From: Octopus sinensis
Lineage: Eukaryota
Direction of reading: 5' to 3'
Length of the DNA stretch: 64,000 bases
Assembly: GCF_006345805.1 (NCBI RefSeq)
Contig: NC_042999.1
Span: 163,308,001 to 163,372,000, forward strand
The position numbers and the translations under genes were made by a program. Within the stretch, counting starts at the first letter, position 1. Every line of letters begins with the position of its first letter. This document shows positions 23,448 through 34,149 of this stretch, in pieces. The notes under the pieces are model-generated. The model had not been told where the DNA came from and made no database searches. It saw only the letters and a list, made by a program, of their open reading frames with translations.

Positions 23448-24337
23448 CGTCATCTGATCAATAAGTATCCGGACTGTTGCCGTAGTAACAAAGCTAAAGC
23501 ACACAAAGTGAAACCACTTGGCACAGATTGACCTTGAACTCTGCTGAGCATGTGCACTAAGTTTTAACGTTCTATCTCACTTCTGCCGTTTACAGCAGTG
23601 CTTGGAAGGAAGGTATGTAGTGTGTGATTGTCACATCGATTATGACAGAAAGTTGAACAGAGAATCTGCATCAAATTTTGCCAAGAGTTTGGTGATACCT
23701 GCTCAGAGGCCAACACAAAGTTTTCAAAAAGTTTTCCTCATTCTCAGCACAATCAAGGAGATCTTGTGCAACTGAAACCCAAGTGTCTTTTTGGTCAGCT
23801 GAAAGCAGTTTTGGCACAAAAAAGGCAGATACGTGTCTCATACCCAAATCTTCAGTGATAATGGACTGAACTGAACTGTAACTAATCTGCACATCCTCTG
23901 ATACCTCAGGACAATTCGACGATTTCTCCTCATAGCTGCATGCACATCTGCGATGTTTTTCTCAGTTCTGCTGGTTGAAGGTCTCCCAAAATGTTCGTCA
24001 ATATCAACATTTTTTAGGCTATCTTGGAAACGTCTGAACCACTCATACACTTGTGTGTGAAGCATACACTCCTCTCCATACACTTTCTTAAACTTTGCAT
24101 CAGTCTCTAAGCAAGTATTGTCATGACGACGTTCTCTGTCATGGTCAATATGACAATCACATGCTACACACCTTCCTTCCAAGCACTGCTGTAAACAGTG
24201 GAAGTGAGCTAAAATGTTAAAACTTAGTGCTTGTGCACAGCAGAGTTCAAGGTCAATCAGTGCCAAGTGGTTTCACTCTGAATGCTTTAGCTTCATTACT
24301 ATGGCAACAGTCCGGATACTTATTGATCAGACCTCAA
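23448..24337. mobile_element. Mariner derivative made of two inverted 5' (left) ends (about 890 bp)
   Basis: TIR (GAGG)TCTGATCAATAAGTATCCGGACT at both ends; about 280-bp inverted arms. The plus arm reads MTEKVEQRICIKFC; the minus arm continues YEWFRRF..GRPST..VPKLLSADQK. Confidence 0.85.
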
Positions 24338-24371
24338 TGTAATAACAATAGTAAAAACAATAGTAATTATT

Positions 24372-25870
24372 ATTTCTAACAAAGGCATAAAACCTCATTA
24401 ATGGAGAGTCAGGTTGTTTATATCAAGAACAGTATTTGCCTGGTACCTTCTTTTATTGATCCCAGAAGATCCCAGGAGGATGAATATCAAAGGTAATCCT
24501 GGTGGAATTTGAACTCAGAACATAAAAGAATATAACAAAACATTTTGTCCTATACATTACTGATTCAGCCAATCCACCAGTTTTTAATGGTTTCTAATTT
24601 GGACATAATGTCATAAGATTAGGGAAGAGGTTTAATTGATTTAATTGACTCCCTCAGTAATTGACTGGTAATTATTTTTTCTCAGATCAGGAATATCATA
24701 ATGTAAAGCTGATCAATGTGATTTAAATTCACAAAATAGTAGGAATAAACTAAATACTATTAAACATTTAGTTTGCAGTTTTATTACTGCTGCCAAATCC
24801 ATAGGCATTAGCAAAAATAATATGATTTGTGACATAGACACACGATCATAAAGTATTGAGGACAGATGAAAGGTAGTTAACCTCATCAGGTTAAATACCT
24901 TTAATCAAATTTAAATATATAACATATAATGGATGTTACTAAAACAGCACAAACTGTCATCCATCACTCTATCACTTCAGCCAATTCACCTAAATATAAT
25001 AACTTATTATTTCATAAGACACCATAAATTTACAATGGAATCAGCTGATAGTGGTTGACTGATACTTTTTTCCAACCCAGAAGGCATGGAAGGTGAAGTA
25101 AATGTCAACAGGAATTAGAAAACAGAACATATAGGAACATAACTAAATACCACCCCAAAACCACACAACAATTCATTCAGCACCCAAAGAATCCTGATGC
25201 CATCCACTTCTTTAAATACAATATTACTAAAAAAAAAAAGCAGTAATAGCAACAAAACCACCTGTTGAATTGATAAACTAGGCTACAAGAGTGGGATATA
25301 ATTGAATTGGATCCCCCTTAGTATAAAATTGGTACTGCCTTGAGCTATTAAGGGAACTTCTATATGGTCACTCAATCTGGAAATCACAGCCAAATTTCAC
25401 TCAAATCACATCCATCTTGGAAAACGACATACTGGATATGTGGTTGTGATTTTCTTGTATTCATGATGGGCACAGCTGAAATGCTTTTGGCCATAGGTTT
25501 ACTTAATCAAGACTGACCAGTGGTTAAACAGCAACAACTACTATTGTCAGGGGTGGTGGAGATGTCAACCCAGTAGGACTTGAAAACAGAAGGTAGAAGA
25601 GCTGTATTAAATACAGTCTCTACTCTTTAACTAGGAGAAATAACTGTAATATTAACAGTAATAATGATTTCATCCATGGATTTAGAGTCTTACATTTACA
25701 GGAGAAGGATGTAGTCCACTACATAACCAGAAATGATTCTGGCTTAGAGGAATGTAAACTAAAGTTGGGTCAGATTTGATTTGAATCTAGAATATAGATG
25801 GCAAGACTAAATACTGCAAAACACCTAATTTGGTACTCTGCTATTTCTGTCATTCCACTTTCAGAAACAG
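24372..25870 (-). repeat. Cluster of at least six degenerate SINE family C-like units, head to tail
   Basis: Recurrent GA(A/T)TTGAA(C/A)..AGAA(C/T)ATA motif near 24510, 24720, 25112, 25578 and 25779, separated by CAA/TAA-rich spacers. Confidence 0.55.
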
Positions 25871-27096
25871 CAGTAGTAGCAACTACAAAATCATCAACCC
25901 CAGTAACAACAATAGTAATTATTTTTTTTAATTGACACAGGACCACAAACTCGCAGTATTTGATTAACTAAATAGATATCACAATACTGACATAACTATC
26001 CCTGATGAACCTACAACTTCCTTGCTTTCATTTCCTTATGTTTGCATATCAACCCTGCCTAAGCTAACTTAAAGAGTTGGCTCTCTGTTGAGTCAACCAG
26101 CTGATATTTTTCATTCAACTATCTCTTGTAGTAACATGACCATACCTCTTTATTTCACTGTTACTAAGAACCATCTTGTTGGTGCCATTTCAAAACAAAT
26201 TTTCCCAATGACAGGCTAGTTATATGAACACAGTGACTTGAAATTCAGTTTGTTAATGCCGTGCACAACATTCTATTCTTGTCTTCTTCCCTGACAAGAT
26301 CAACCATCTTGCTTCATGATTTTGTTCTTACATAGGTAGTTGTTCACATTTTCTTACCTTTTGATATTACAGCTCTATCTAATATTCTATAGCATCACCA
26401 TGTCATTTACTGTTTGGATAAGAGTCTGTTTAAGCTACAGCTTACAGCAGGTTGTCTCTTAGGAATGTCCAGCTGTCTACTATATTATCTCCTTTTCCAG
26501 CCTCTCCATCCTGTGGAAACACGTGTGACCTAGTACTGAGATTCCATCATAGAGGGATCTTTTAACTGGACCTTTTTTCTCCTAGTTGTAATTTACTTCC
26601 TAATCTTCATTCTCAACCTGAAATTGTTAAAACTAGTTAAAGTTAAAGGTAGTGCCTTTTTCGTCAAGGTAAGAATAATTTCTCACACCATTTGTCTGTC
26701 CCTTTTTCTACTAACAAAAATACAGTCTGATCCTTATGTTCACCTGAAAAGTGTAAGTGACTAATAGCTTTCCAAAGTTTAAGTTTCAAATGATATAATT
26801 ATTTGCATCCCAAAATTCAGAAGCCTTCTTTTCTAACATCATGGTCATAACTTCCTCTATACTTGTCCTGATGTTTTCCAACAGAAACATCAAAATCACA
26901 AGGTCAAAAAGTAACTTGCTCAAGAGTTTTTCACAAGAGCCCTTTCAATAACAATAAAATAAGAGTAAAACAAGCAATTATAGCACCAACACAACTACTA
27001 TAACTATCATAACATGACCACCACCAACAACAATAATAGTAACATTACACCAGAAACTATATATATAAACATCAGGCACAACAACAAAGAGCTTAC

Positions 27097-27097
27097 C
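27097..27097 (-). other. DAW1: Position marker only: 3' end of DAW1 exon 4 (phase 2)
   Basis: TG|GTAAGC joins T of exon 5 to give the Cys codon TGT. Shows the frame check used throughout. Confidence 0.9.
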
Positions 27098-27155
27098 ATG
27101 AACCAGACTTGTTAAAAGCCACATTAGTCAGTGGTAATATGTGGGCTCTAAGTAC
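27097..27155 (-). CDS. DAW1: DAW1 coding exon 4 (VLRAHILPLTNVAFNKSGS-C)
   Basis: 59 nt, TTACAG / GTAAGC. Near-identical to recalled VLKAHILPLTNVALNKSGS. Confidence 0.97.
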
Positions 27156-27939
27156 CTGTAAGTAGAAATTCATGCAAGTTAGATAATGGTTTATTTTCTT
27201 CTTATCTGTTACCATTCTGTAATTAATAAACTGTCCTTATCAACTTACCCTTCATTATATATCTTATTCATTACAAGACTATTTAGTTTATAATGTATTT
27301 ATAGTGTATTAATGGGTATAAAAATACATCAGGATAAATATTTATTAATCCCAAGCACAAGTATGATAAATAGAGTAATCAGTTCTATTAACTACAAGAG
27401 ATTCACGGGATGCTAGATGCAACATCCATATCTTGTATAAGGGCATTTATTAATAGAGCAAGTGAAAGAGCTAAAACTAGACTCATTACACTGGGAGTTT
27501 GTGACATAATCTCATCTTCACAGAGTGAAAGCTCCAACCTTATATAACATTAAGTGGATAAGTGATGTATCTTCCTCTGGAAAAATTGTTATTATTGCAG
27601 GATACAACATTCATAATAAATCAATTGAATTTAATTAAAATGTAGGTATGACTGTTTTCTTTAATTGAATTAGCATGTGGATTTAATTGTCTTCTTTAAT
27701 TGAATTAGCATGTACATTTAATTATCTTCAGAGAAAAATTTTCTGGAACTGGTAGGACCTGTGGAAATTCCACAGTATAAGTCAGAGTACATTTGAAAAC
27801 ATTATGTTAGTAGTTAGAAGTTTCAAAAAATTCTTTTGATAAGGAATTGCTTATTTACATTGGACAGATATGATGTGCTTTACCGTTTAAGGAATGATGA
27901 ATTAAAAAGATAAAAATTTATTCATAATATATTGATTAT

Positions 27940-28290
27940 TTGACTGCGGCCATGCTGGAGCACCGCCTTTAGTCGAGCAACTCGACCCTGGGACTTATTC
28001 TTTTTGTAAGCCCAGTACTTATTCTATCAGTCTCTTTTTGCCGAACTGCTAAGTGACGGGGACATAAACACACCAGCATCGGTTGTCAAGCAATGCTAGG
28101 GGAACAAACACATATATATATACATATATACGACAGGCTTCTTTCAGTTTCCGTCTACCAAATCCACTCACAAGGCATTGGTCGGCCCGGGGCTATAGCA
28201 GGAGACACTTGCCCAAGATGCCATGCAGTGGGACTGAACCTGGAACCATGTGGTTGGTAAGCAAGCTACTTACCACACAGCCACTCCTGC
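27940..28290 (-). mobile_element. SINE family A
   Basis: Complete head and core; tail partly truncated. Confidence 0.88.
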
Positions 28291-28630
28291 GCTGTAAATG
28301 TTTATTATTTACAATTTTTATTAAATGACTGTCCCTGTATCAGAGAGGAACTGAACTCTTCTGAAATGAAATGTAAGCTGGAGTCATTTGGAGTCAGCTT
28401 CTTGTGAGGTATCAGGAAGAGTTTTCCTTCTTATGTATCTGTTATTGAAGTGGCTTCAATGCAATTATTGTGGAGGCTGACACATCCTACACATAGTAGA
28501 TGCTTATTTTTTGAAAAATAATCCTTTTCATTCTTTCTCTTTTTAGCTAATGTTGCCAATCATTGTCCATGTTTTATAAACAAATGCTTTGATTGTGCAA
28601 GAGATAATTAATTGTGTAGTGATGCTGCTG

Positions 28631-29046
28631 TGTAAGGTTCAGTGCACATGCGCAGAATGAGATTACTTCCGGTTGGCCACCGGAAGTCTTCCCCATGCGC
28701 ATGTGCAGGAAACTGACCCCTAAAATGCGGTTCGCTCATTCATTCTTTCTGGCCCTAGCAGCACTCAAGAACGGACGTGTACTGGCAGTCTCTGAGGACT
28801 TCATACCAACCAAGCAGCGAACCACAACGAATCATTTCGACTAACAAACAAGAATCAGTACTACAGATTTGGCTGTCGGTTTCCCTCCAGAGAACACGTA
28901 CACCAGTTCTACATTACGACGAGAAATAAACAACATTTTTGCTATGTTCGTAGATCACCTGATTTGTCTGTTATTTTAACTAAAATTGAATGAGACGGGA
29001 TCAGATCGGACACCCCTCCAGTGATACCGAAACCGATCCTGTTACA
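28631..29046. mobile_element. Solo-LTR-like element (416 bp)
   Basis: TGTAA...TTACA termini, AATAAA at 28925-28930, GC/CpG-richer than flanks. No clear TSD. Confidence 0.55.
28643..28707. promoter_or_regulatory. Dyad-symmetric NRF1-ETS-ETS-NRF1 motif cassette
   Basis: TGCACATGCGCA 28643-28654, ACTTCCGG 28665-28672, CCGGAAGT 28680-28687, TGCGCATGTGCA 28696-28707. Confidence 0.6.
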
Positions 29047-29094
29047 ATTGCATTAAAGCTTATGCATAAAATGAAGGAATTTTTAAAAATAAAT

Positions 29095-29848
29095 ACCAGC
29101 GACCGAGACCTTTGGAAATATTCTGTACATGAGAAGACCAGGCAGGACAAGTGAGCCCAGCCCACTTATGAATGCCTTTCCTCCCTTGGACACAAAGACC
29201 TGTTGAGGCAAGCGAAGTCGATATAGAACCTCATCCGACGACAGGCACCCATGCCAACCCCCTCTGCTTGCGAAGACATGTTGGGGCAAGCGAAATCGAA
29301 ATCGAAACCGAATTGAACCAGCCAGGATCCCTGGTCTGGTGGTACGTAAAAAGCACTATCTGACTCGTGGCCGATGCCAGCGCCGCTTCCACTGGCTTCC
29401 GTGCCGGTGGCACGTAAAATACTCCAATCCGACCGTACGACAGGCACCCATGCCAACCCCCTTTGCTTGTGAAGACATGTTGGGGCAAGCGAAATCGAAA
29501 TCGAATTGAACCAGCCAGAATCCCTGGTCTGGTGGTACGTAAAAAGCACTATCCGACTCGTGACCGATGCCAGCACCGCCTCGACTGGCTTCCGTGCCGG
29601 TGGCACATAAAATACACCAATCCGACCGTGGCCGTTGCCAGCCTCGCCTGGCACCTGTGCAGGTGGCACGTAAAAAGCACCCACTACACTCACGGAGTGG
29701 TTGGCGTTAGGAAGGGCATCCAGCTGTAGAAACATTGCCAGATTAGACTGGAGCCTGGTGCAGCCTTCTGGCTTCCCAGATCCCCGGTCGAACCGTCCAA
29801 CCCATGCTAGCATGGAGAACGGACGTTAAACGATGATGATGATGATAA
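29095..29848 (+). mobile_element. RTE LINE 3' end with tandemly duplicated 3' UTR
   Basis: ..DRDLWKYSVHEKTRQDK* then UTR; 199-bp tandem unit 29240-29438 / 29439-29630; (GAT)n tail. Confidence 0.88.
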
Positions 29849-30199
29849 CAAACTACACTGTTTTCTGTTCAGCCACCAACAAAGCTTGGTCCAAGTTAGA
29901 TACCAGTTGAGGATATTTTCATTTCATTTGGGTTCAGCTATTTGTATATCTGTTACTATATCTCTCTATTTGCATAGCTTACGATATATCAGTAGGCTCA
30001 CTGACCTGCATGCCTGTCTGTAGGTCTAAGTAACTATCATATCTACTTTACCTTCTGCCGATATCTGTTTAATTTCATAATACCAATAAGCATTTAAACC
30101 TAATAACAAAAAAAAAAAAAAGGAATAGCAACATTGCCCCAGCATGGCTACAGTTTTTAGTCTGGAACACATAAAAGTGTAACATCCACAGCTACTGGA

Positions 30200-30900
30200 T
30201 TTCTTCTGTTTGGCTTCACTTTTTGAAATTTTAAAACTAAGTGAAAATTTTCAAATTTGGTATATTTATGTAATTTTTCATGCTGAATCTGATGTTGTTA
30301 TTCACTCGTTTCAAGAAAAATTTTTGAAAAATGTTACTGAGGTTTAAAGTGTGATTATTTTTACCTAATCAGAAAACAGGATTTGGAAGCTGGCATTTTG
30401 TATGTGATGACATTACAACGACTGATGACATAATGATGACAAAACATTCAATGAAGGAAATTTTAAGTTTTAATGAGTAAAGTCATGTGAAATGTTGGAA
30501 CAGGCATGTAATGCAGAAAATTGCCAAAAAAAAAAACAAAAATAAGACACTGAAACTGAACATTAAATTACAAAAAAAGCAAGCTGTAGTTCAGTTTGTG
30601 TAAAGAATACATATTTTCTTTACACAAGTTGGCTGAAGTCATACTTCTATTTAGGTTTAAAATGCCCAGGAAAACACATATAAACCATTCGTTCCTCAAA
30701 AATATATGGATGGTGGTTGGCAAGCAGACTATCAGGACTGCAACAGATGAATATAAGCAGGAAAATACAACCGAAAATATTAATTTGTTTGTCAGACAGC
30801 AACAGATGGATAAATGCAGGAAAACACAACATAAACTACATGTAGTTAAACAGGACAACAACAGGCAGGTAAGCAGACTACGCAACAGCTTGGCTTGTTA
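30200..30900. repeat. Unclassified interspersed repeat (probable DNA-transposon relic)
   Basis: Inverted homologues at 53340-53570, 53740-53915 and 54290-54420. Confidence 0.55.
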
Positions 30901-31217
30901 TTATGGCTAAAATGGCCCAAAATTTGTAAACTTTAGAAACTATTAACTTTTTATTTATTAAATTAGGCCAAAATGAATTTCATTTTCATAATTAGCATAC
31001 AAAACTACATCAATACACCAAATTTGAAATCAATTGGAACAAAATCAAAGGAATAGAAAAGTGAAAACGAAACAGAAAAGGTTTTCCCCATCCCCTTTCT
31101 ATATATATATATATATATATTTCTCCATTCAAGTTATAATTTCTCTTGATTATATAAGTATAACACATGGAAAAGAAAAAGAAAAAAAATCAAGCAAAAT
31201 AATAATATAATACTTAC

Positions 31218-31270
31218 CTTGAACAGGTAAAACTCATGGTTTATAGAGAGTGACAGTTTTTCCTGTAAAC
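31218..31270 (-). CDS. DAW1: DAW1 coding exon 3b (R-LQEKLSLSINHEFYLFK)
   Basis: GTAAGT donor at 31217. Start 31270 gives C|GT TTA CAG GAA = RLQEK as in the recalled ortholog. The acceptor is non-canonical (AA); alternative starts are 31264 (AC) and 31262 (AG). Confidence 0.85.
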
Positions 31271-31725
31271 TTACTTGAAGTTAAAGAATTTTAAATAAAG
31301 AACAATTGGCCATCATTTTAGACATGATTCAAAAGTCTTTCAAATTCAACACATATATAGATCAATGATATCTTTTTTATTAATAGAAATATTAAAATTA
31401 CTAAGTCTCTCTAAAGGAGATTACGGCAGCGTTACTGGAAATTAATAGTTATTGCCATACTAATATGGCAGTCATATAAATATAAGACTAAAGCTGTCGC
31501 TGATTAGCTCCAAGAAGCCACCGCCTTATATTTATAAGACTGCCATATTAGTATGGCAATAACTATTAATCTTTTTTATTGTTTTGATTGTAATGTCTAC
31601 TCTAAACACACGTCAACCACTACCAAAATCATTTACCAGATTTCTGTTTTTCTGTATCTAATCTCAATTACCAAATCCTGCATAAACCAATCAAGAAAAT
31701 ATTGCATATATTTGTGTGTGTGTGT

Positions 31726-31759
<34 letters not shown>

Positions 31760-33124
31760 AACTAAATTATCATCCCAATATCTTCTCTTTTCAAAAGCCA
31801 CGTGATACCATGATGGACACTGTCGTTGTCTGATTAAAATGTTCACTCACAAAAATGTAGTTTTAGAACCACTCTCACTTTATTACCACACAGTGTAGAT
31901 AAGTGTCTTCTACCATGGCTTCTGTTTGACTCAAGCTCTGTGAATGAAAGTTGGCAGACAGAGTCTGTATGAAAGCCTATCAGAGGGACAATCTTTGTTG
32001 TTGGGATGTAGACTTATACTGTCACCTGCTTTAATACCACCATCCGGAGGTGCAATGGCCCAGTGGTTAGGGCAGCGGACTCGCGGTCATAGGATCGCGG
32101 TTTCGATTCCCAGACCGGGCGTTGTGAGTGTTTATTGAGCGAAAACACCTAAAGCTCCACGAGGCTCTGGCAGGGGATGGTGGTGATCCCTGCTGTACTC
32201 TTTCACCACAACTTTCTCTCACTCTTACTTCCTGTTTCTGTTGTACCTGTATTTCAAAGGACCGGCCTTGTCACTCTCTGTGTCACGCTGAATATCCCCG
32301 AGAACTACGTTAAGGGTACACGTGTCTGTGGAGTGCTCAGCCACTTATACGTTAATTTCACGAGCAGGCTGTTCCGTTGATTCGGATCAACCGGAACCCT
32401 CGTCGTCATAACCGACGGAGTGCTTCCATCAATACCACCATCTAGCCTTTGGGTATCCTTTTCAGAGTACACACTGTTGAAATCATTTGAACCAAGTTTC
32501 CAGAGTCAATTTAAGTTCTCCTTTCTTCACGCTTGTAAAACCTGGAAATGGATTATGAATGCTGTCTTTCGAACTCTGATAACAGCATCAAAAGAAGGAA
32601 AGTCAAGATGTTGGCAGCTCATATTTCCTCATCAGCACTGGAAATGCGTTCAAACCTGAGACACCTAACTTGGCTGTTTATGTAACTGTAAATATCAGTG
32701 TGGCTGATCAGAGGAAACACAGGTAGTACAGTAAAATTAATTAATGGTGGTTTGGAGAGACAAATTTTTATTCTATGAAAAGCAGGTAGAATATAACTGT
32801 AAGAGAACTGGATTACATTAGACTTACCTAAGTAATCAGAGAATAAACTTACTAAAATTGCATGTAAAACCACAAAAACTGTCCTTCATTCATAAACCTC
32901 ATGTATAATCTAAATGACTCTATAAAGTGAGAGTGAAATTCAACCTGAGTAATGGAGCATTGTTTTTCTAAAGCTTGGACAGATAAATCTATTTAGCATA
33001 CCCAGATTTGGACATAATATCCTGTTTCTTCATAGGATAAAGGCTAGTGAGTATAGGGATATTCATGACCTGACTGCTATTGAGAAATAATGTAAATTTA
33101 TGACAGAAATTAGCAAAAGGATAT
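31271..33124 (-). other. DAW1: U12-type (minor spliceosome) intron of DAW1, probable AT-AA termini
   Basis: 5' ATATCCTTTT at 33124. Branch-site-like TTCTTTAAC at 31288-31280, followed by TTCAAGTAA| and exon 3b. Confidence 0.8.
32046..32430 (+). mobile_element. tRNA-derived SINE family B
   Basis: A box TGGCCCAGTGG, B box GTTTCGATTCC, 12-bp TSD AATACCACCATC (32033-32044 / 32431-32442). Confidence 0.92.
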
Positions 33125-33216
33125 GAGAAACAAGTGTCTTCAATTGGCCTGATTTTGCTGCAGTAACTAATGGTTCCTTTAAGGTGATCTCATCTACAAG
33201 AGCATCAATATTGGTA
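33125..33216 (-). CDS. DAW1: DAW1 coding exon 3a (TNIDALVDEITLKEPLVTAAKSGQLKTLVS-R)
   Basis: TTGCAG acceptor, 92 nt, followed by U12 donor ATATCCTTTT. Homologous to recalled [30 protein letters not shown]. Confidence 0.9.
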
Positions 33217-33385
33217 CTGCAATGGATATCATTACATCTGATATAACAATATATAATAATATACAACAATGTACAATGTTTTATATCTATATCCATACAC
33301 AAACACACAGATACATGTGTGTGTGCATGTGTGTGTGTTCAACCTATACCAGCATGGAAAATGAACCATTCAATGATGATTAGGT

Positions 33386-33411
<26 letters not shown>

Positions 33412-33417
<6 letters not shown>

Positions 33418-33580
33418 AATAAGAAAATGGAGAAATACATCCAAATCAAATATCAATTACCAGATAATACCCAATCACATACTTTATTAAACCACCACAT
33501 AAGAAACTTTAAGGTCACTAGCAGTATATTGGATATATGTTATCCCATGGAGGGTTGCATTTACAACCCCTATCTCAATT

Positions 33581-33582
<2 letters not shown>
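33412..33582. mobile_element. Penelope-like pLTR fragment between (TA)n tracts
   Basis: TACAAAATAAGAAAATGGAG start joined to inverted GCAGTATATTGGATATATG..AACCCCTATCTC, as at 3430-3495. Confidence 0.55.
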
Positions 33583-33606
<24 letters not shown>

Positions 33607-33617
<11 letters not shown>

Positions 33618-34108
33618 GGCAGTTTGTCTGTCTGTGTGTCTGTCAGGTTGTACCCTCACCCTGACCACGGCTTTCAACCGATTCTGATGAAACTTGACAC
33701 ACACATAGCCCAATGTCATAATTCAAAACTAACACAGCGAAAATTTTGAAAAGTTCCCCCAGTTCTGAAAAAAATCGATAAATTCGACATGGAGTCGAGA
33801 ATCTAAGCTTTTTATATGCAACACATTTTCTGTTGTAGTTTTCGCAACTTACATTTGGGCGAACAGTGCTTCGCCCACGGTCAACTCTACGTGGGCTGTT
33901 CACGCGTTGGGAGGCGCAATGATGTTTTCATGTTTTCGCCCAAAGGGACAGCTAGGAGCATCGTATACACAGAAGTATTCGAGTGAAGAGAAGACATTGC
34001 AACCTACACATGCGCCTTCGTTCCCTAGAGGGAAAGGACTAGATTGGGATTAGTCGTTGCCTACTAGGGGCTCTTACATACCCGGGTAATGCCGGGCTAT
34101 GCTGCTAG
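33607..34108 (+). mobile_element. Non-autonomous Helitron
   Basis: 5' TATATAAACGGCAGTTTGTCTGTCTG; 3' hairpin CCCGG-GTAATG-CCGGG (34081-34096) followed by CTAG|T. Confidence 0.75.
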
Positions 34109-34149
34109 TATATATATATATATATCATCCTAATCATCATCATTATATA

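Noticed and set aside
27658-27727. 35-bp direct repeat, two copies
   Set aside because: Only two units with no spacers; a simple local duplication, not a CRISPR-like array.
28640-28710. NRF1/ETS cassette as the main DAW1 promoter
   Set aside because: Four DAW1 coding exons lie further upstream (31270-55851). Kept only as an intronic, LTR-borne element.
32046-32120. tRNA-like sequences at SINE B and SINE A heads
   Set aside because: A and B boxes are present but no full cloverleaf; they run into repeat bodies with TSDs, so they are SINEs rather than tRNA genes.
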